NCBI GenBank assembly: GCA_965223855.1
Contig: CBDCXM010000009.1
Location: forward strand, 2,880,001-2,944,000
From: Candidatus Multivoradales bacterium
GTDB taxonomy: Bacteria; Acidobacteriota; Thermoanaerobaculia; Multivoradales; JAHEKO01
Direction of reading: 5' to 3'
DNA length: 64,000 bases
Positions 19,171 through 29,956 of this stretch are shown here, piece after piece. The notes under the pieces were generated by a model. The model saw only the letters and a list, made by a program, of their open reading frames with translations. It was not told where the DNA came from and ran no database searches. The translations under genes were made by a program, and so were the position numbers. Numbering within the stretch: position 1 is the first letter of the stretch; each line of letters starts with the position of its first letter.

Positions 19171-20211
19171 TCACTTGAGAAAGAAGCCGTGCGGGAAGAG
19201 GTCGTCGTCGGCCAGCAGGAACTCGTGGCGCCCGGTGATCGAGGCGCTGCCGGTGACCCGGGGGACGACGGCGGTGCGGTTGGCGACTTCGAGGGTCTCG
19301 ACGATCTCGACGCCGAAGGCGCTGCCGGTGACGCTCTCGATCTCGATCCTGGTGCCGGGCGCGAGTTCGCCGCGGGCCGCCAGCAGCGCCGCGCGGGCGC
19401 TCACCCCGGTGCCGGTGGGGGAGCGGTCGACCTCGCCGTCGGCGAAGACGCACAGGTGGCGGCTGTGGCGGCTCTCCTCGGCCGGAGACCCGGTGAAGAT
19501 GACGCCGTAGAGGAAGGCCAGCGACCTGTCGGTCGGATGCTCGAGGCTTTCGACGGCGGCGATCTCATGCTTGAGCGATCTTCCGAGAGCCGAAGCCTCG
19601 GCGGCGCTGAGCGAGTCGCAGTCGTGGCCGAGGGCTTCGATCGGCACGAAGGCATAGAAGGCACCGCCGAAGGCGAGGTCGTAGGGCATCGGGCCGCGGT
19701 CGGTGCAGACATCGCGGTCGAGGCCGACGGCCCAGGAGGGGACGTTGTCGAACGACGCCTCGGGAACGGTGCCACCCTCGAGGGCCGCGGTCGCGGTCAC
19801 CGGACCCGCCGGGGTGTCGATGCGCATCGTGCCGGGCGTCAGCGCTCCGGTCTCGACCAGCGCCGTCGTCAGCGCGAGGATGCCGTGGCCGCACATGGTG
19901 CTGAAGCCCTCGTTGTGGAGGAACAGCACCCCGAGGTCGGCGCCCTCGGTCACCGGTTCGGTGAGGATGCCGCCGTACATGTCGGCATGGCCGCGCGGCT
20001 CATGCATCAGCAGGCGCCGCAGCCCGTCGGCGTGCCGCGCGGCCCACAGCCGCTTGGCGACCATGGTGTCGCCCGGGATCGGCGGCGCATCGAGCAGGAT
20101 GCGGAACGGCTCTCCCCCGGTGTGGAGGTCGAGGGTGCGGAAGCGCCGCTGGCGACGGCCGGGCTCCCAGGCTCCGAGCGCCTGGAGGAGCGCCTCGGGT
20201 TGGAGGGTCAT
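19171..20211 (-). CDS. Proline racemase family; likely trans-3-hydroxy-L-proline dehydratase
   Basis: DLHTGGEP, EPRGHADMYG, STMCGH (Cys) and DRSPTGTG (Thr in place of the second Cys). Confidence 0.85.
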   Translation of the reverse strand: MTLQPEALLQALGAWEPGRRQRRFRTLDLHTGGEPFRILLDAPPIPGDTMVAKRLWAARHADGLRRLLMHEPRGHADMYGGILTEPVTEGADLGVLFLHNEGFSTMCGHGILALTTALVETGALTPGTMRIDTPAGPVTATAALEGGTVPEASFDNVPSWAVGLDRDVCTDRGPMPYDLAFGGAFYAFVPIEALGHDCDSLSAAEASALGRSLKHEIAAVESLEHPTDRSLAFLYGVIFTGSPAEESRHSRHLCVFADGEVDRSPTGTGVSARAALLAARGELAPGTRIEIESVTGSAFGVEIVETLEVANRTAVVPRVTGSASITGRHEFLLADDDLFPHGFFLK

Positions 20212-20265
20212 TGGGGTAACGATACCCCGTCCCGCGGCTGGGATGGCGGCCTGTGCGCTTCGTGG

Positions 20266-23200
20266 CTAGGCGGTGGCCAGCTCGGGCTCGCGCTCGCGCG
20301 GCTGCACGTCGTCGAGCTCGACGGCGACGAGCTTCGAGACGCCGCGCTCCTGCATGGTGACGCCGTAGAGCATCGACGCTGCCTCCATGGTGATCTTGTT
20401 GTGGGTGATCACCACGAACTGGGTCTCGGCGGCCATCTTCTGCACCAGCTGGACGAAGCGCACGGTGTTGACGTCGTCGAGCGGTGCGTCGACCTCGTCG
20501 AGGATGCAGAAGGGGGAGGGTTTGGTGCGGAAGAGGCCGAAGAGGAGCGCGATCGCGGTGAGCGCCTTCTCGCCGCCGGAGAGCAGCATCAGGTTCTGGA
20601 GCCGCTTGCCGGGCGGGCGCGCCATGATCTCGATGCCGCTGTCGAGCGGGTCGTCTTCGTCGAGCAGCCGCATCGACGCCTGGCCGCCGCGGAAGAGCTC
20701 CTGGAAGGTCTTCGCGAAGGTCTCGTTGACCTCCTCGAAGGTGGCGAGGAAGCGCTCGCTCGACTCGCGGTTGAGCTCGGCGATCGTCGCCTTGAGCTTG
20801 ACCACCGAGTCGGCGACATCGGCGCGCTGGGTGGTGAGGAACTCGTGGCGCTCGACCTGCTCCTCGTGCTCCTCGGCGGCCAGCAGGTTGACCGGACCGA
20901 GCCGCTCGAGAAGAGCCTCGCAGCGCTCGAAGTCGGTTTCGATCTCCGGCAGGTTGTCGGGTGCGGGCTCTGGAGTCTCCGGCAGGCTCTCGTCGAACTC
21001 GCGACGGAACTCGGCGTCGAGGTGCTCGCCGTCCTGGCTGTGGGTGGCGCGCTCGACCCTGAGGTCGGCGAGCTGCTCGCGCAGATCGTCGCGCTCGAGA
21101 CGCAGCTGGCCGAGGCGGGCTTCGAGCTCGCGCAGCTGTCGCCGGAGCGTTTCGAGGCGATCCTGCGCGGCGAGCAGCTTCTCCTGTGAGCCGGCACGCC
21201 CCTCGAGGGAGCTCTGGAGCTCGGTCTCGGCGCTCTCGATGGCGGCGCCGATCTCGCGGCCTCGTGCTTCCAAGGTCTCACGCTCGCTGCCCCAGGTCTC
21301 GACCGCATGCGCCAGGTCGGCGAGCTGGGCGGTGAGGCGGGCGATCTCGCTCTGGTGCGACTCGAGCCGCTGGGCGATCAGCTGGTGGCGGCCACGCCGG
21401 CTCGCCCCCTCGGTGGTCGTCTCTTCGCGCCGCTGGCGTGCCTCGCTCGCCTCCAGCTGGCGGCGGTCGAAGGTCTGCTCGAGTTCGGTGTGGCGGGTCT
21501 CGGCCATCCCGAACTCGGTCTCGAGCTGGCTGCGGCGCTCGGCGATCAATGCCAGCTCGCGGCGGGTCTCCTCGGCCTCGGTCTCGAGGTTCTCGAGCTC
21601 GACGCCGTAGCGCCGCAGTTGCAGCTCGAGGTCGTCGCGCCGCGCCTCGGCGACCGCGATCTCGCGCCCGAGCTCGGCGAGGCGCTCTTCGCGGGGGGCG
21701 ATCTTCTCGGTGAGCTCACGGGAACGTTCGGCGTTGTGGTCGAGCCGCGAAGCGGTCTCGGCGAGCCGTTCGCCGAACGGTGGGATGGTGGCGTCGAGGT
21801 GAGTGAGTTCCTCCTCGGCCGCCAGCAGGCCGGGGCGGCCGCTCCCCTCGGCGATCCGCAGCGTTCCCGCCTGCGCCCAGACGCCGTCCTGGCTGAGGAA
21901 CACCGCGCCCGGATGTTCGCGCGCCAGCCGCTCGGCGTCCGCCGAGCTGGCGGCGAGGTAGGCGGGCGGCAGGGCGGCCGCCAGCTCGCGGCCGAGGCCG
22001 AGCGCCTCGCCGGCGGTCGACAGCACGGCGGGGTCGTCGATCGTCGCTACCTGGTCGTCGCGGCCGCGGATGAGATAGCCGCCCGCCCCTTCGTCCTCGA
22101 GGAAGCGGGCAATGCGCAAGCCGTCTTCGTCGCTCGGCAGCACGGCGGCGTCAGTGAGCTCACCGAGGTAGAGATCGAGACTCTCCGCCCAGCCTTCGGG
22201 CACGGTGAGCTTCTCGGCGAGGAGCGTCACCTGCGGCATGCCTGCCGCCTCGAGGGCGTGGGTGAGCCCCTGTAACCGCTCGCGGCGCGCCGTGGCGAGC
22301 TTGGCGATCAGCTCGCGGCGACCTTCGAGCGTCACCAGCTCGTCCTTGAGGGCGACGCGCTCCTTCTCGAGGCGGCGCGACTGCCGGTCGAGCTCCTCGG
22401 CCTCGGTGCGCAGGCGCTCGAGCTCCGCCTCCTGCTCCGCGCTCTGCTCCCGGAGGGTGGCGAGCTGGCGGCTGGTGGAGTCGCGCGCCTCGGTGTCGCC
22501 GGCGCTTCGTTGCTCGGTCTCCTTGCGGGCAGAGGCGAGGTGCGACAGCTTGAGCTCGCCCTTCTCGCTCTCGACCTGCTCGCGGTGGAGGCGGTTGCGC
22601 AGGTCGTTGACGGTGTTGACCGACGTCAGGAGCGCCGCCCGGGTCGATTCGCGCCGTCCCTCCGCTTCGCTCACGAGGCGGGCGATGTCGGAGATGCGGC
22701 CTTCGTCGTCGGAGAGCGCCTCGGAAGCGACGCCGAGCTCCGCCTCGAGCTCCTGCTCGAGGCGCCGGGCGGCTTCGAGCTCGCGGTCGAGCTCGGTGCT
22801 GCGGCCGGCGCGGCGCTCGGCCTCGCGCTTGCCGGCGGCGAGACGCTCCTTGACCTCCACCGCTCTCTGGCGCGCCCCCTTGAGGAACTCCTGCTTGCCC
22901 TCGATGCGGGCGGCGATCTCGGTGTCGGAGCGGTGCTGCTCGGCGAGTTCGCGGGTGAACGACTCCTCCTGCTCGCGCCCCTCGGCCAGCTCGGCTTCTA
23001 GGCGGTGGAGCTCGGCGGTGACTTCGGCTTCGCGGTCGATCCGGCGGTCGATCTCGGCTCGCAGCTTCGCCAGTGCGGCGTGGACCCGCGACCAGCGGCC
23101 CAGCAACACCCCGCGCAACAGCTCGGCGCGCTGGCTCTGGGCGTCACGGTAGCGCTTGGCCGCGTTGGCCTGGCGCTTGAGCGAGCGCATCGCCCGCTGG

Positions 23201-23796
23201 ACCTCGGAGAGCACGTCGTCGAGCCGGGAGAGGTTGGCGCGCGCCTCCTCGAGCTTGACCTCGGCGATGCGGCGGCGGTCCTTGTAGCGGGTGATCCCGG
23301 CCGCCTCTTCGAGCAGCTTGCGCCGCTCCTGCGGCTTGCTCGACAGGATCATGCCGATCTGGCCCTGCTCGATCATCGAGTAGCCGCGCAGGCCGAGGCC
23401 GGTGTCCATCACCAGGCTCCGGACGTCCTTGAGGCGCACCGTCTTGTCGTTGAGGGTGTACTTGCTCTCGCCGGTGCGGAACACCCGGCGGCCGATCGAG
23501 AGTTTGCCGTCCTCGGAGGCGGGCAGCGTCGGGTCGGTGTCGAGCTCGAGCGTCACCTCGGCCATGCCGAGCGGCTTGCGGCCCTCGGAGCCGGCGAAGA
23601 TGACGTCCTCCATCGTGCCGCCGCGCAGGCTCTTGGCGCTGCGCTCGCCGAGGCTCCAGATCACGGCGTCGGCGATGTTCGACTTGCCGCAGCCGTTGGG
23701 GCCGACGATGGCGGTGAGACCTCCGGCGAAGTCGACCGTCGTCGGGTCGACGAACGACTTGAAACCGGAGAGGTGGAGGCGACGGATCTTCATCAT
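20266..23796 (-). CDS. smc: Chromosome segregation protein SMC
   Basis: GFKSF, GPNGCGKSN, long coiled coils, hinge, LSGGEK, LDEVDAPLD. Confidence 0.95.
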   Translation of the reverse strand: MMKIRRLHLSGFKSFVDPTTVDFAGGLTAIVGPNGCGKSNIADAVIWSLGERSAKSLRGGTMEDVIFAGSEGRKPLGMAEVTLELDTDPTLPASEDGKLSIGRRVFRTGESKYTLNDKTVRLKDVRSLVMDTGLGLRGYSMIEQGQIGMILSSKPQERRKLLEEAAGITRYKDRRRIAEVKLEEARANLSRLDDVLSEVQRAMRSLKRQANAAKRYRDAQSQRAELLRGVLLGRWSRVHAALAKLRAEIDRRIDREAEVTAELHRLEAELAEGREQEESFTRELAEQHRSDTEIAARIEGKQEFLKGARQRAVEVKERLAAGKREAERRAGRSTELDRELEAARRLEQELEAELGVASEALSDDEGRISDIARLVSEAEGRRESTRAALLTSVNTVNDLRNRLHREQVESEKGELKLSHLASARKETEQRSAGDTEARDSTSRQLATLREQSAEQEAELERLRTEAEELDRQSRRLEKERVALKDELVTLEGRRELIAKLATARRERLQGLTHALEAAGMPQVTLLAEKLTVPEGWAESLDLYLGELTDAAVLPSDEDGLRIARFLEDEGAGGYLIRGRDDQVATIDDPAVLSTAGEALGLGRELAAALPPAYLAASSADAERLAREHPGAVFLSQDGVWAQAGTLRIAEGSGRPGLLAAEEELTHLDATIPPFGERLAETASRLDHNAERSRELTEKIAPREERLAELGREIAVAEARRDDLELQLRRYGVELENLETEAEETRRELALIAERRSQLETEFGMAETRHTELEQTFDRRQLEASEARQRREETTTEGASRRGRHQLIAQRLESHQSEIARLTAQLADLAHAVETWGSERETLEARGREIGAAIESAETELQSSLEGRAGSQEKLLAAQDRLETLRRQLRELEARLGQLRLERDDLREQLADLRVERATHSQDGEHLDAEFRREFDESLPETPEPAPDNLPEIETDFERCEALLERLGPVNLLAAEEHEEQVERHEFLTTQRADVADSVVKLKATIAELNRESSERFLATFEEVNETFAKTFQELFRGGQASMRLLDEDDPLDSGIEIMARPPGKRLQNLMLLSGGEKALTAIALLFGLFRTKPSPFCILDEVDAPLDDVNTVRFVQLVQKMAAETQFVVITHNKITMEAASMLYGVTMQERGVSKLVAVELDDVQPREREPELATA

Positions 23797-23969
23797 GCCG
23801 GCGCGGAGAATAGCAAATCTTGGGGTGTTGCCAAGATAGGGCACAAGATGTTGTAGCGCAAGGGGTTAGAGGGGGCGCTCCGTGAAGCTCCGGGCGCTTG
23901 CCGTGTGAGGCCGTTGACAGCCCCTGCCGGCCCCCTTAGGATGCCGCGACTTCTGGAGCCAACCTTCCC

Positions 23970-24530
23970 GTGAACCGGCGCACGATTCTCGACGCGGACC
24001 AGATGCGTCGCGTCATTCGTCGGATGGCGGACGAGATCGCCGAAAAGGGCGCCGGAGCGAACCTGCTGCTCGTCGGCATCCGCACCCGCGGCGTGCCGCT
24101 GGCCGAACACCTCCAGCGCCACATCCTCGAGTCCGAGGGGATCGAGCTGCCGATGGGGGTGCTCGACATCAACCTCTATCGCGACGACCTGTCGACGGTG
24201 GCGCACTACCCGGTGGTGCGCGAGTCGCGCCTGCCGGGGCCGATCGACGACCTGACGGTGGTGCTGTGCGACGACGTGCTCTTCACCGGGCGCACCATCC
24301 GGGCGGCGCTCGACGCGCTGGTCGACTACGGCCGCCCGCACTCGGTGCGGCTGGTGGTGCTCGTCGACCGCGGCCACCGTGAGCTGCCGATCCAGGCCGA
24401 CATCGTCGGGCAGGTGGTGCCGACGGAGCACGACGAGCAGGTCGAGGTGCGCTTCGAGGAGACCGACGGCGATCTGGGGGTCGAGCTGGTGAGCGCTGGA
24501 GGTTCCGGGGAAGGCTCGGAGGAGGAGTGA
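23970..24530 (+). CDS. pyrR: Pyrimidine operon regulator / uracil phosphoribosyltransferase
   Basis: [39 protein letters not shown]. Confidence 0.95.
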   Translation: MNRRTILDADQMRRVIRRMADEIAEKGAGANLLLVGIRTRGVPLAEHLQRHILESEGIELPMGVLDINLYRDDLSTVAHYPVVRESRLPGPIDDLTVVLCDDVLFTGRTIRAALDALVDYGRPHSVRLVVLVDRGHRELPIQADIVGQVVPTEHDEQVEVRFEETDGDLGVELVSAGGSGEGSEEE

Positions 24531-24537
24531 CCGCGGG

Positions 24538-25482
24538 GTGACGGACGAGTTCCACTGGCAGCGCAAAGATCTTCTCGGCATCGCGGAGCTGTCGGCCGAG
24601 GAGATCACTGCCATTCTCGACACCGCCGAGTCGTTCCACGAGGTGTCGACGCGGCCGATCAAGAAAGTGCCGACCCTGCGGGGTCGTACGGTCGTCAACC
24701 TGTTCTTCGAGCCTTCGACCCGCACCCGCTCGAGCTTCGAGATCGCGCAGAAGCGGCTGTCGGCCGACGGGCTCAACTTTTCGGCCAAGACGTCGGCGCT
24801 GACCAAGGGGGAGTCGCTGGTCGACACGGCGCTCAACCTCGAGGCGATGCAGCCCGACCTGATCGTGATCCGGCACGCCTACCCGGGGGCACCGCAGATG
24901 CTGGCGCGGCGGCTCGATTCGGGGGTGATCAATGCCGGCGACGGCGCCCACGAGCACCCGACGCAGGCGCTGCTCGACGCCTACACGATCCGCGAGCGCA
25001 AGGGGCGGCTTGACGGGCTGAAGGTGGCGATCGTCGGCGACATCGAGCACAGCCGGGTGGTGCGCTCGAACATCCACCTGCTGACGAAGATGGGCTCCGA
25101 GGTTACGGTCGCCGGGCCGCGGACGATGATGCCGGTCGAGATCGACAAGCTCGGGGTGACGGTCTCCTACGACCTCGAGGAGGCGATCGCCGACGCCGAC
25201 GTGATCATGATGCTGCGCATCCAGCTCGAGCGGCAGTCGAAGCTGCTGTTCCCGTCGACGCGCGAATACTTCCGCCTCTTCGGCCTCACCCGTGACCGCT
25301 TGCGTGCGGCGAAGGACGACGTGATCGTGATGCACCCCGGGCCGATGAACCGCGGCGTCGAGATCGCCAGCGACGTCGCCGACGGCCCCGGGTCGGTGAT
25401 CCTCGAGCAGGTCTCGAACGGTGTGTCGGTGCGGATGGCGGTGCTCTACCTGCTGGCCGGTGCGCGCAAGGAGGCGGCATGA
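24538..25482 (+). CDS. pyrB: Aspartate carbamoyltransferase catalytic subunit
   Basis: [28 protein letters not shown]. Confidence 0.97.
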   Translation: MTDEFHWQRKDLLGIAELSAEEITAILDTAESFHEVSTRPIKKVPTLRGRTVVNLFFEPSTRTRSSFEIAQKRLSADGLNFSAKTSALTKGESLVDTALNLEAMQPDLIVIRHAYPGAPQMLARRLDSGVINAGDGAHEHPTQALLDAYTIRERKGRLDGLKVAIVGDIEHSRVVRSNIHLLTKMGSEVTVAGPRTMMPVEIDKLGVTVSYDLEEAIADADVIMMLRIQLERQSKLLFPSTREYFRLFGLTRDRLRAAKDDVIVMHPGPMNRGVEIASDVADGPGSVILEQVSNGVSVRMAVLYLLAGARKEAA

Positions 25483-26753
25483 GCCTGCTCCTGCGCGGCG
25501 GCCGCGTCGTCGATCCGACGCAGGATCTCGACGCCGTGTGCGATGTGCGCCTCGAAGGCGGCACGGTCGCGGAGGTCGGCGCCGACCTCGCGAAGGGCGA
25601 CTCGCGCGAGCGGGACGTCTCCGGTCTGGTCGTGACCCCGGGGTGGATCGACATGCACATTCACCTGCGCGAGCCGGGGCAGGAGTACAAGGAGACCGTC
25701 GCCACCGGCACGCGCGCTGCCGCCGCCGGCGGCTTCACCGCGGTGGCCTGCATGGGCAACACCGAGCCGGTGAACGACAACCGCTCGGTGACCGAGCTGA
25801 TCCTCAAGGAGGCGGCCAAGGCGGGACTGGCGCGGGTCTATCCGATCGGCGCGGTCAGCAAGGGGCAGCGCGGCAAGGAGCTCGCCGAGGTCGCCGAGAT
25901 GGTCGATGCCGGCGTCGTGGCGATCTCCGACGACGGCCATCCGGTCGCCAACCCGGCGCTGATGCGCAGGGCGCTCGAGTACGCCCAGCACTTCGACATT
26001 CCGGTGATCCAGCACGCGCAGGACATGGAGCTCACCGCCGGAGGCGTGATGCACGAGGGGGAGTGGTCGACACGCCTCGGGCTGCCGGGTTGGCCCGGGG
26101 CGGCGGAGGACATCGTCGTGGCGCGCGACGTGATCCTCGCCGAGGACAGTGGCGGGCGCTACCACGTGGCGCACCTGTCGACGGCTCGGGCGCTCGATCT
26201 GGTGCGTCAGGCGAAGGCGCGGGGTCTGAGGGTGACCTGCGAGGTGACGCCTCACCATCTGCTGCTGACCGATCGGACGGTGGCGGAGAGCGCGTTCTCC
26301 CCCGACGCCAAGATGAACCCGCCGCTGCGCGCCGAGAGCGACCGCCAGGCGCTGCTGGCGGGGCTCGTCGACGGCACGGTGGACGCGATCGCCAGCGACC
26401 ACGCGCCGCACCACCCGGACGAGAAGGACGTCGAGTTCTCGCTGGCGCCGTTCGGCATCGTCGGCCTGGAGACGAATCTGGCGCTGTGCCACGACCGGCT
26501 GGTGCTCTCCGGGCACATGACGCTGACTCGCCTCGTCGAGCTGTTCTCGACCGGGCCGGCGCGGGTGCTCGGAGTGCCGGGCGGCTCGCTCGCTCCCGGC
26601 GCGCCCGCCGACGTGACGCTCTTCGACCCGGAAGCGGAGCTGACCGTCGAGGCGCGGAGCTTCCACAGCAGGTCGCGCAACACGCCGTTCGAGGGCTGGA
26701 CGCTCAAGGGCCGGGCGGTCGGCACGATCGTCGGCGGCCGCGAGATCGAGTAG
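25479..26753 (+). CDS. pyrC: Dihydroorotase
   Basis: [24 protein letters not shown]. Confidence 0.95.
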   Translation: MSLLLRGGRVVDPTQDLDAVCDVRLEGGTVAEVGADLAKGDSRERDVSGLVVTPGWIDMHIHLREPGQEYKETVATGTRAAAAGGFTAVACMGNTEPVNDNRSVTELILKEAAKAGLARVYPIGAVSKGQRGKELAEVAEMVDAGVVAISDDGHPVANPALMRRALEYAQHFDIPVIQHAQDMELTAGGVMHEGEWSTRLGLPGWPGAAEDIVVARDVILAEDSGGRYHVAHLSTARALDLVRQAKARGLRVTCEVTPHHLLLTDRTVAESAFSPDAKMNPPLRAESDRQALLAGLVDGTVDAIASDHAPHHPDEKDVEFSLAPFGIVGLETNLALCHDRLVLSGHMTLTRLVELFSTGPARVLGVPGGSLAPGAPADVTLFDPEAELTVEARSFHSRSRNTPFEGWTLKGRAVGTIVGGREIE

Positions 26754-26763
26754 CGGTACCGCG

Positions 26764-27636
26764 ATGGCTCGCCTGCCGCTGGCGGAGATCGCTGTCGAGG
26801 CCGCGCGGGCCGGGGCGGCGGAGCTGGTGCCACGGTTCCGGCGTCCCGACCTCGAGGTGGCCGAGAAGGCACCGAACGACCTGGTGTCCGAGGCCGACCG
26901 GGCGAGCGAGGCGGCGGTGCTCGGGGTGCTGGGGGAGCGCGCGAGCGGACACGGCGTGCTGGCGGAGGAGGGCGGGATTCAGGCTCTCGGCGGCGGCACG
27001 ACGGGCGACCAGGACAGCCCGCTGTGGATCGTCGATCCTCTCGACGGCACCACCAACTTCGTGCGCGGACTGCCGATCTGGGGGGTTTCGGTCGCCTGTT
27101 GGCAGGAGGGCGCGGTGGTGGCGGGTGCCATCTTCGAGCCGCTGGCGGAGCGGATGTACGTGGCCCAGCGAGGGGAAGGGGCGTTCTGCAACGGCGAGCG
27201 GCTGCGGGTGAGCGGTCGCGAAGGGCTCGACGGTGCGTTTCTCGCCACCGGCTACCCGTTCAAGGCGCGCAAGGCGCTCGATGCCTATCTCGAGATCTTC
27301 CGCGCCCTGTTCAGCAGGGCCAAGGCGATCCGCCGCTGCGGCGCCGCGGTGCTCGACCTGGCGTACACCGCGGCCGGGAGCTTCGATGGCTTTTTCGAGT
27401 TCCGGCTGTCGCCCTGGGACCTGGCGGCGGGCACCCTGCTGATCGAGGAGGCGGGGGGTGTGGTGTCGGATCTCGACGGGGCGGGGAGGTACCTGCGCAG
27501 CGGCAATCTGCTGGCCGGAAGCCCGGCCGTGCACGCCGCGATGCGCGCCGAACTAGAAGGGCTCGTTTCCGAGGCACAGCTCGACGAGCTGGCCCCCGAC
27601 GAGGCTCTCAAGTCCTTGGACGTGCTAGGCTTGTGA
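26764..27636 (+). CDS. suhB: Inositol monophosphatase family
   Basis: D.V..AD, EE, WIVDPLDGTTNF, WDLAAG. Confidence 0.85.
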   Translation: MARLPLAEIAVEAARAGAAELVPRFRRPDLEVAEKAPNDLVSEADRASEAAVLGVLGERASGHGVLAEEGGIQALGGGTTGDQDSPLWIVDPLDGTTNFVRGLPIWGVSVACWQEGAVVAGAIFEPLAERMYVAQRGEGAFCNGERLRVSGREGLDGAFLATGYPFKARKALDAYLEIFRALFSRAKAIRRCGAAVLDLAYTAAGSFDGFFEFRLSPWDLAAGTLLIEEAGGVVSDLDGAGRYLRSGNLLAGSPAVHAAMRAELEGLVSEAQLDELAPDEALKSLDVLGL

Positions 27637-27642
27637 GCCAAG

Positions 27643-28707
27643 ATGCGGTCAGCTGCGCAATCGCCCTCCGAGGGCACCGTTCTGGAAATCCAGATCCATC
27701 CGAGCGACATTCGTCGCCGGGTCTGGTATTTCTTTCTCACCCGTCGACAGATCAACTGGTCGGTCGCCGGTGGGGTCGCGCTGGCCGCGTTCCTGGTGCT
27801 CAACGTCGTGCTCGCGCCGCGGGTCGTCGGTGATCTGCTGAGCCGCCACAAGTACGGCTCCCTGGTCGGCGAGCGCACCCTTCACGGCGAGAGGCTGCAG
27901 GAGCTGACCGAGCAGATGGCGTCTCTCGGGCGCGAGACCGAGGCGTTGCACCTCAAGATGAACCGCATCTACCTCACCTACGGGCTCGACAGCGATCGCA
28001 GCTCGGCCGGTGAGGGGTATCCGTTCCCGCCGCGCGACGTGCCCGACTCGATCTACTCGGGCGCGATTCGAAGAGGCAACCTCCTGGAGGCCCGGATCGC
28101 CGAACAGATGCGGGTGCTCGGCACTTTCGTCGAGGAGGTCGAGAGCTTCGAGGCGGCACATGGGGATCAGGTGGAGACGACACCGTCGACGAGCCCGCTC
28201 CATCGCAGCGAGTTCGTGCTGACGAGCCCGTTCGGCAACCGCCGGAGCCCGTTCACCAAGGAGCTCGATTTCCACCCCGGCCTCGACATGGCGGCCTCCA
28301 CAGGCACCGAGGTCTTCGCGCCCGCCGACGGCGTGGTGGTGTTCGCCGGGCGTTATCCGCTGAAACAGAGCGTCTCCTGGTGGCGCTACGGCAACCTGGT
28401 GGCGATGCGCCACGGAGACCGTTTCATCACCCTCTTCGGCCATCTCGACGAGACGACCGTGCAGAGCGGTCAGCAGGTGTCGCAGGGCGAGGTGATCGGC
28501 ACGGTCGGCAACACCGGCTGGAGCACCAATCCGCACCTTCACTACGAGGTCCGGCGGGCCAACGAAGAGGGCGAGTTCGAGCCCGTCGATCCACGCATCT
28601 ACATCCTGGACCATCGCTGGCGTGACGAGGAGCAGTTGCTCGTGCGTGCGCGGATGGCTCCCGACTTCCGAGACTACGAACCGCTGCCGCGCCTGATCGG
28701 CCGGTAG
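27643..28707 (+). CDS. M23 peptidoglycan endopeptidase with TM helix and coiled coil
   Basis: SPFG.R..PF, HPGLD, YGN, HL, PHLHYEV. Confidence 0.9.
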   Translation: MRSAAQSPSEGTVLEIQIHPSDIRRRVWYFFLTRRQINWSVAGGVALAAFLVLNVVLAPRVVGDLLSRHKYGSLVGERTLHGERLQELTEQMASLGRETEALHLKMNRIYLTYGLDSDRSSAGEGYPFPPRDVPDSIYSGAIRRGNLLEARIAEQMRVLGTFVEEVESFEAAHGDQVETTPSTSPLHRSEFVLTSPFGNRRSPFTKELDFHPGLDMAASTGTEVFAPADGVVVFAGRYPLKQSVSWWRYGNLVAMRHGDRFITLFGHLDETTVQSGQQVSQGEVIGTVGNTGWSTNPHLHYEVRRANEEGEFEPVDPRIYILDHRWRDEEQLLVRARMAPDFRDYEPLPRLIGR

Positions 28708-28758
28708 AGCACCCAAGGTCCGCCCGCGCAGCGAGGAGAGGCGGAGGGAGAGACGACT

Positions 28759-29655
28759 ATGCCCGGCGAAGCACCGACAATGATCATCCCGCAGGGGGCC
28801 GACATCCAGGTGGATGTCCACGGCCAGTTGTCGATCTCGACGCCCGGCAACCTGGTGATCCAGAACTCCGGCAACTACCGCAAGCTCGAGTCGCTCAACG
28901 GCTCGATCCGCATCGAGCCGATGGCCGAGGTCGAGGCGGTCGACGTGCTGTGCGCCAGCACCTGCTATGTCGAGGGCACCCTCACCGCCTGGAGGGTCGA
29001 GGCGGAGGCGATCCACCTCGAGGACTCGGCGCAGGCGAACATCGTGCTGCAGGAGACCCGCCGGCTCGACATCGGCAAGGACGCCCGACTGGTCGGCAAC
29101 TTCGCCAACGAGAAGGAGCTCTTCCTGCTGCTGTCGCGCTTCGCCCGCCAGCTGCGCTCGCTACCGCTCTTCGGTGAGCTCGCCAGCGCGGAATCCCCCA
29201 AGGAGCTGCCCCCGGACGCCTCGCCGGCCGCACTCGCCGCGACCCTCGAAGAGCTCGACGACCTCGAGCCGGGGCAGTTCGTCGGCACCCGCACCGAGCC
29301 GGCCGAAACCGCCGCCGAGGTCACGGAAGCCCCGGGTGAGGCCGCCGACAAGGCCGACGACGGTGGAGCGGCTGCCGAAGCGACGCCAGAGGCGCCCGAG
29401 GGGAACGGGGAGGACGACGCCTCCTCTGACCCGCTCTTCTTCGCCCTCGTGCTGCTCGAGCGCGAGTTCGCCCGCGCCACCTACGGCCCGACCTCACAGC
29501 GCGCGATCGAGCAGGTGGTCAAGCTCCTCCAGGAGGGCGACCACGACACCCTGCGCTCGACCTACCGGAGCCTCTTCAACCGCATCGTCGAGCCGGGTCA
29601 GGACGTTCGCCGAGCCTACGAGCTGATCGACCAGAACTTTCAGTCGGCAGGGTAG
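28759..29655 (+). CDS. Hypothetical protein with bactofilin-like beta-rich N-terminus, acidic linker and helical C-terminus
   Basis: Repeated I.I....V....V.G beta pattern in residues ~8-115. GGAGGGAG SD. Follows the M23 gene. Confidence 0.55.
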   Translation: MPGEAPTMIIPQGADIQVDVHGQLSISTPGNLVIQNSGNYRKLESLNGSIRIEPMAEVEAVDVLCASTCYVEGTLTAWRVEAEAIHLEDSAQANIVLQETRRLDIGKDARLVGNFANEKELFLLLSRFARQLRSLPLFGELASAESPKELPPDASPAALAATLEELDDLEPGQFVGTRTEPAETAAEVTEAPGEAADKADDGGAAAEATPEAPEGNGEDDASSDPLFFALVLLEREFARATYGPTSQRAIEQVVKLLQEGDHDTLRSTYRSLFNRIVEPGQDVRRAYELIDQNFQSAG

Positions 29656-29861
29656 GCACTCCGCAGGGTAGGCAGCCTCCGCGGTCGTCGGTCAGGAGGC
29701 CGTCAGGACGGGATCCGTCCGGCGGGTAGAGAGTCTTCGATAGCCGTGCTGCCTACCTGGCAGCCGGCTCGTCGCAAAGGACTCCAGGTACGGTCCCTTC
29801 CAACTTTCGGCAGCTTCCTGGTCGTACCTGGAGTCGTTCGCCGCGAGGATGCGACGCCGGC
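29647..29861. other. Structured intergenic element with several perfect stems
   Basis: GGTAGGCAGC/GCTGCCTACC (29667-76/29748-57), GACTCCAGGTACG/CGTACCTGGAGTC (29780-92/29823-35), GGACGG/CCGTCC, and a 12-nt direct repeat at 29647 and 29663. Confidence 0.5.
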
Positions 29862-29956
29862 ACCGTTGTTCCCAGTGGCGAAGCGGGTCGGACGCCAGGG
29901 AAGACCGTGGTCTCGCCCGCTCTGTCGCCGACCTTCGAGTCCTCAGTGGGTCCGGA

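Noticed and set aside
19099-21189. 696-aa plus-strand ORF, and similar long antisense ORFs (36864-39359, 42194-44077, 54256-56103, 56426-58858, 61904-63547)
   Set aside because: These are shadow frames opposite well-supported genes, expected at high GC, and show no independent motifs. Only the last 127 codons of 56426-58858 (RidA) are real.
23797-23969. PyrR-binding attenuator upstream of pyrR-pyrB-pyrC
   Set aside because: No AGTCC..GAGAGG binding loop or terminator/antiterminator is visible in the short leader.
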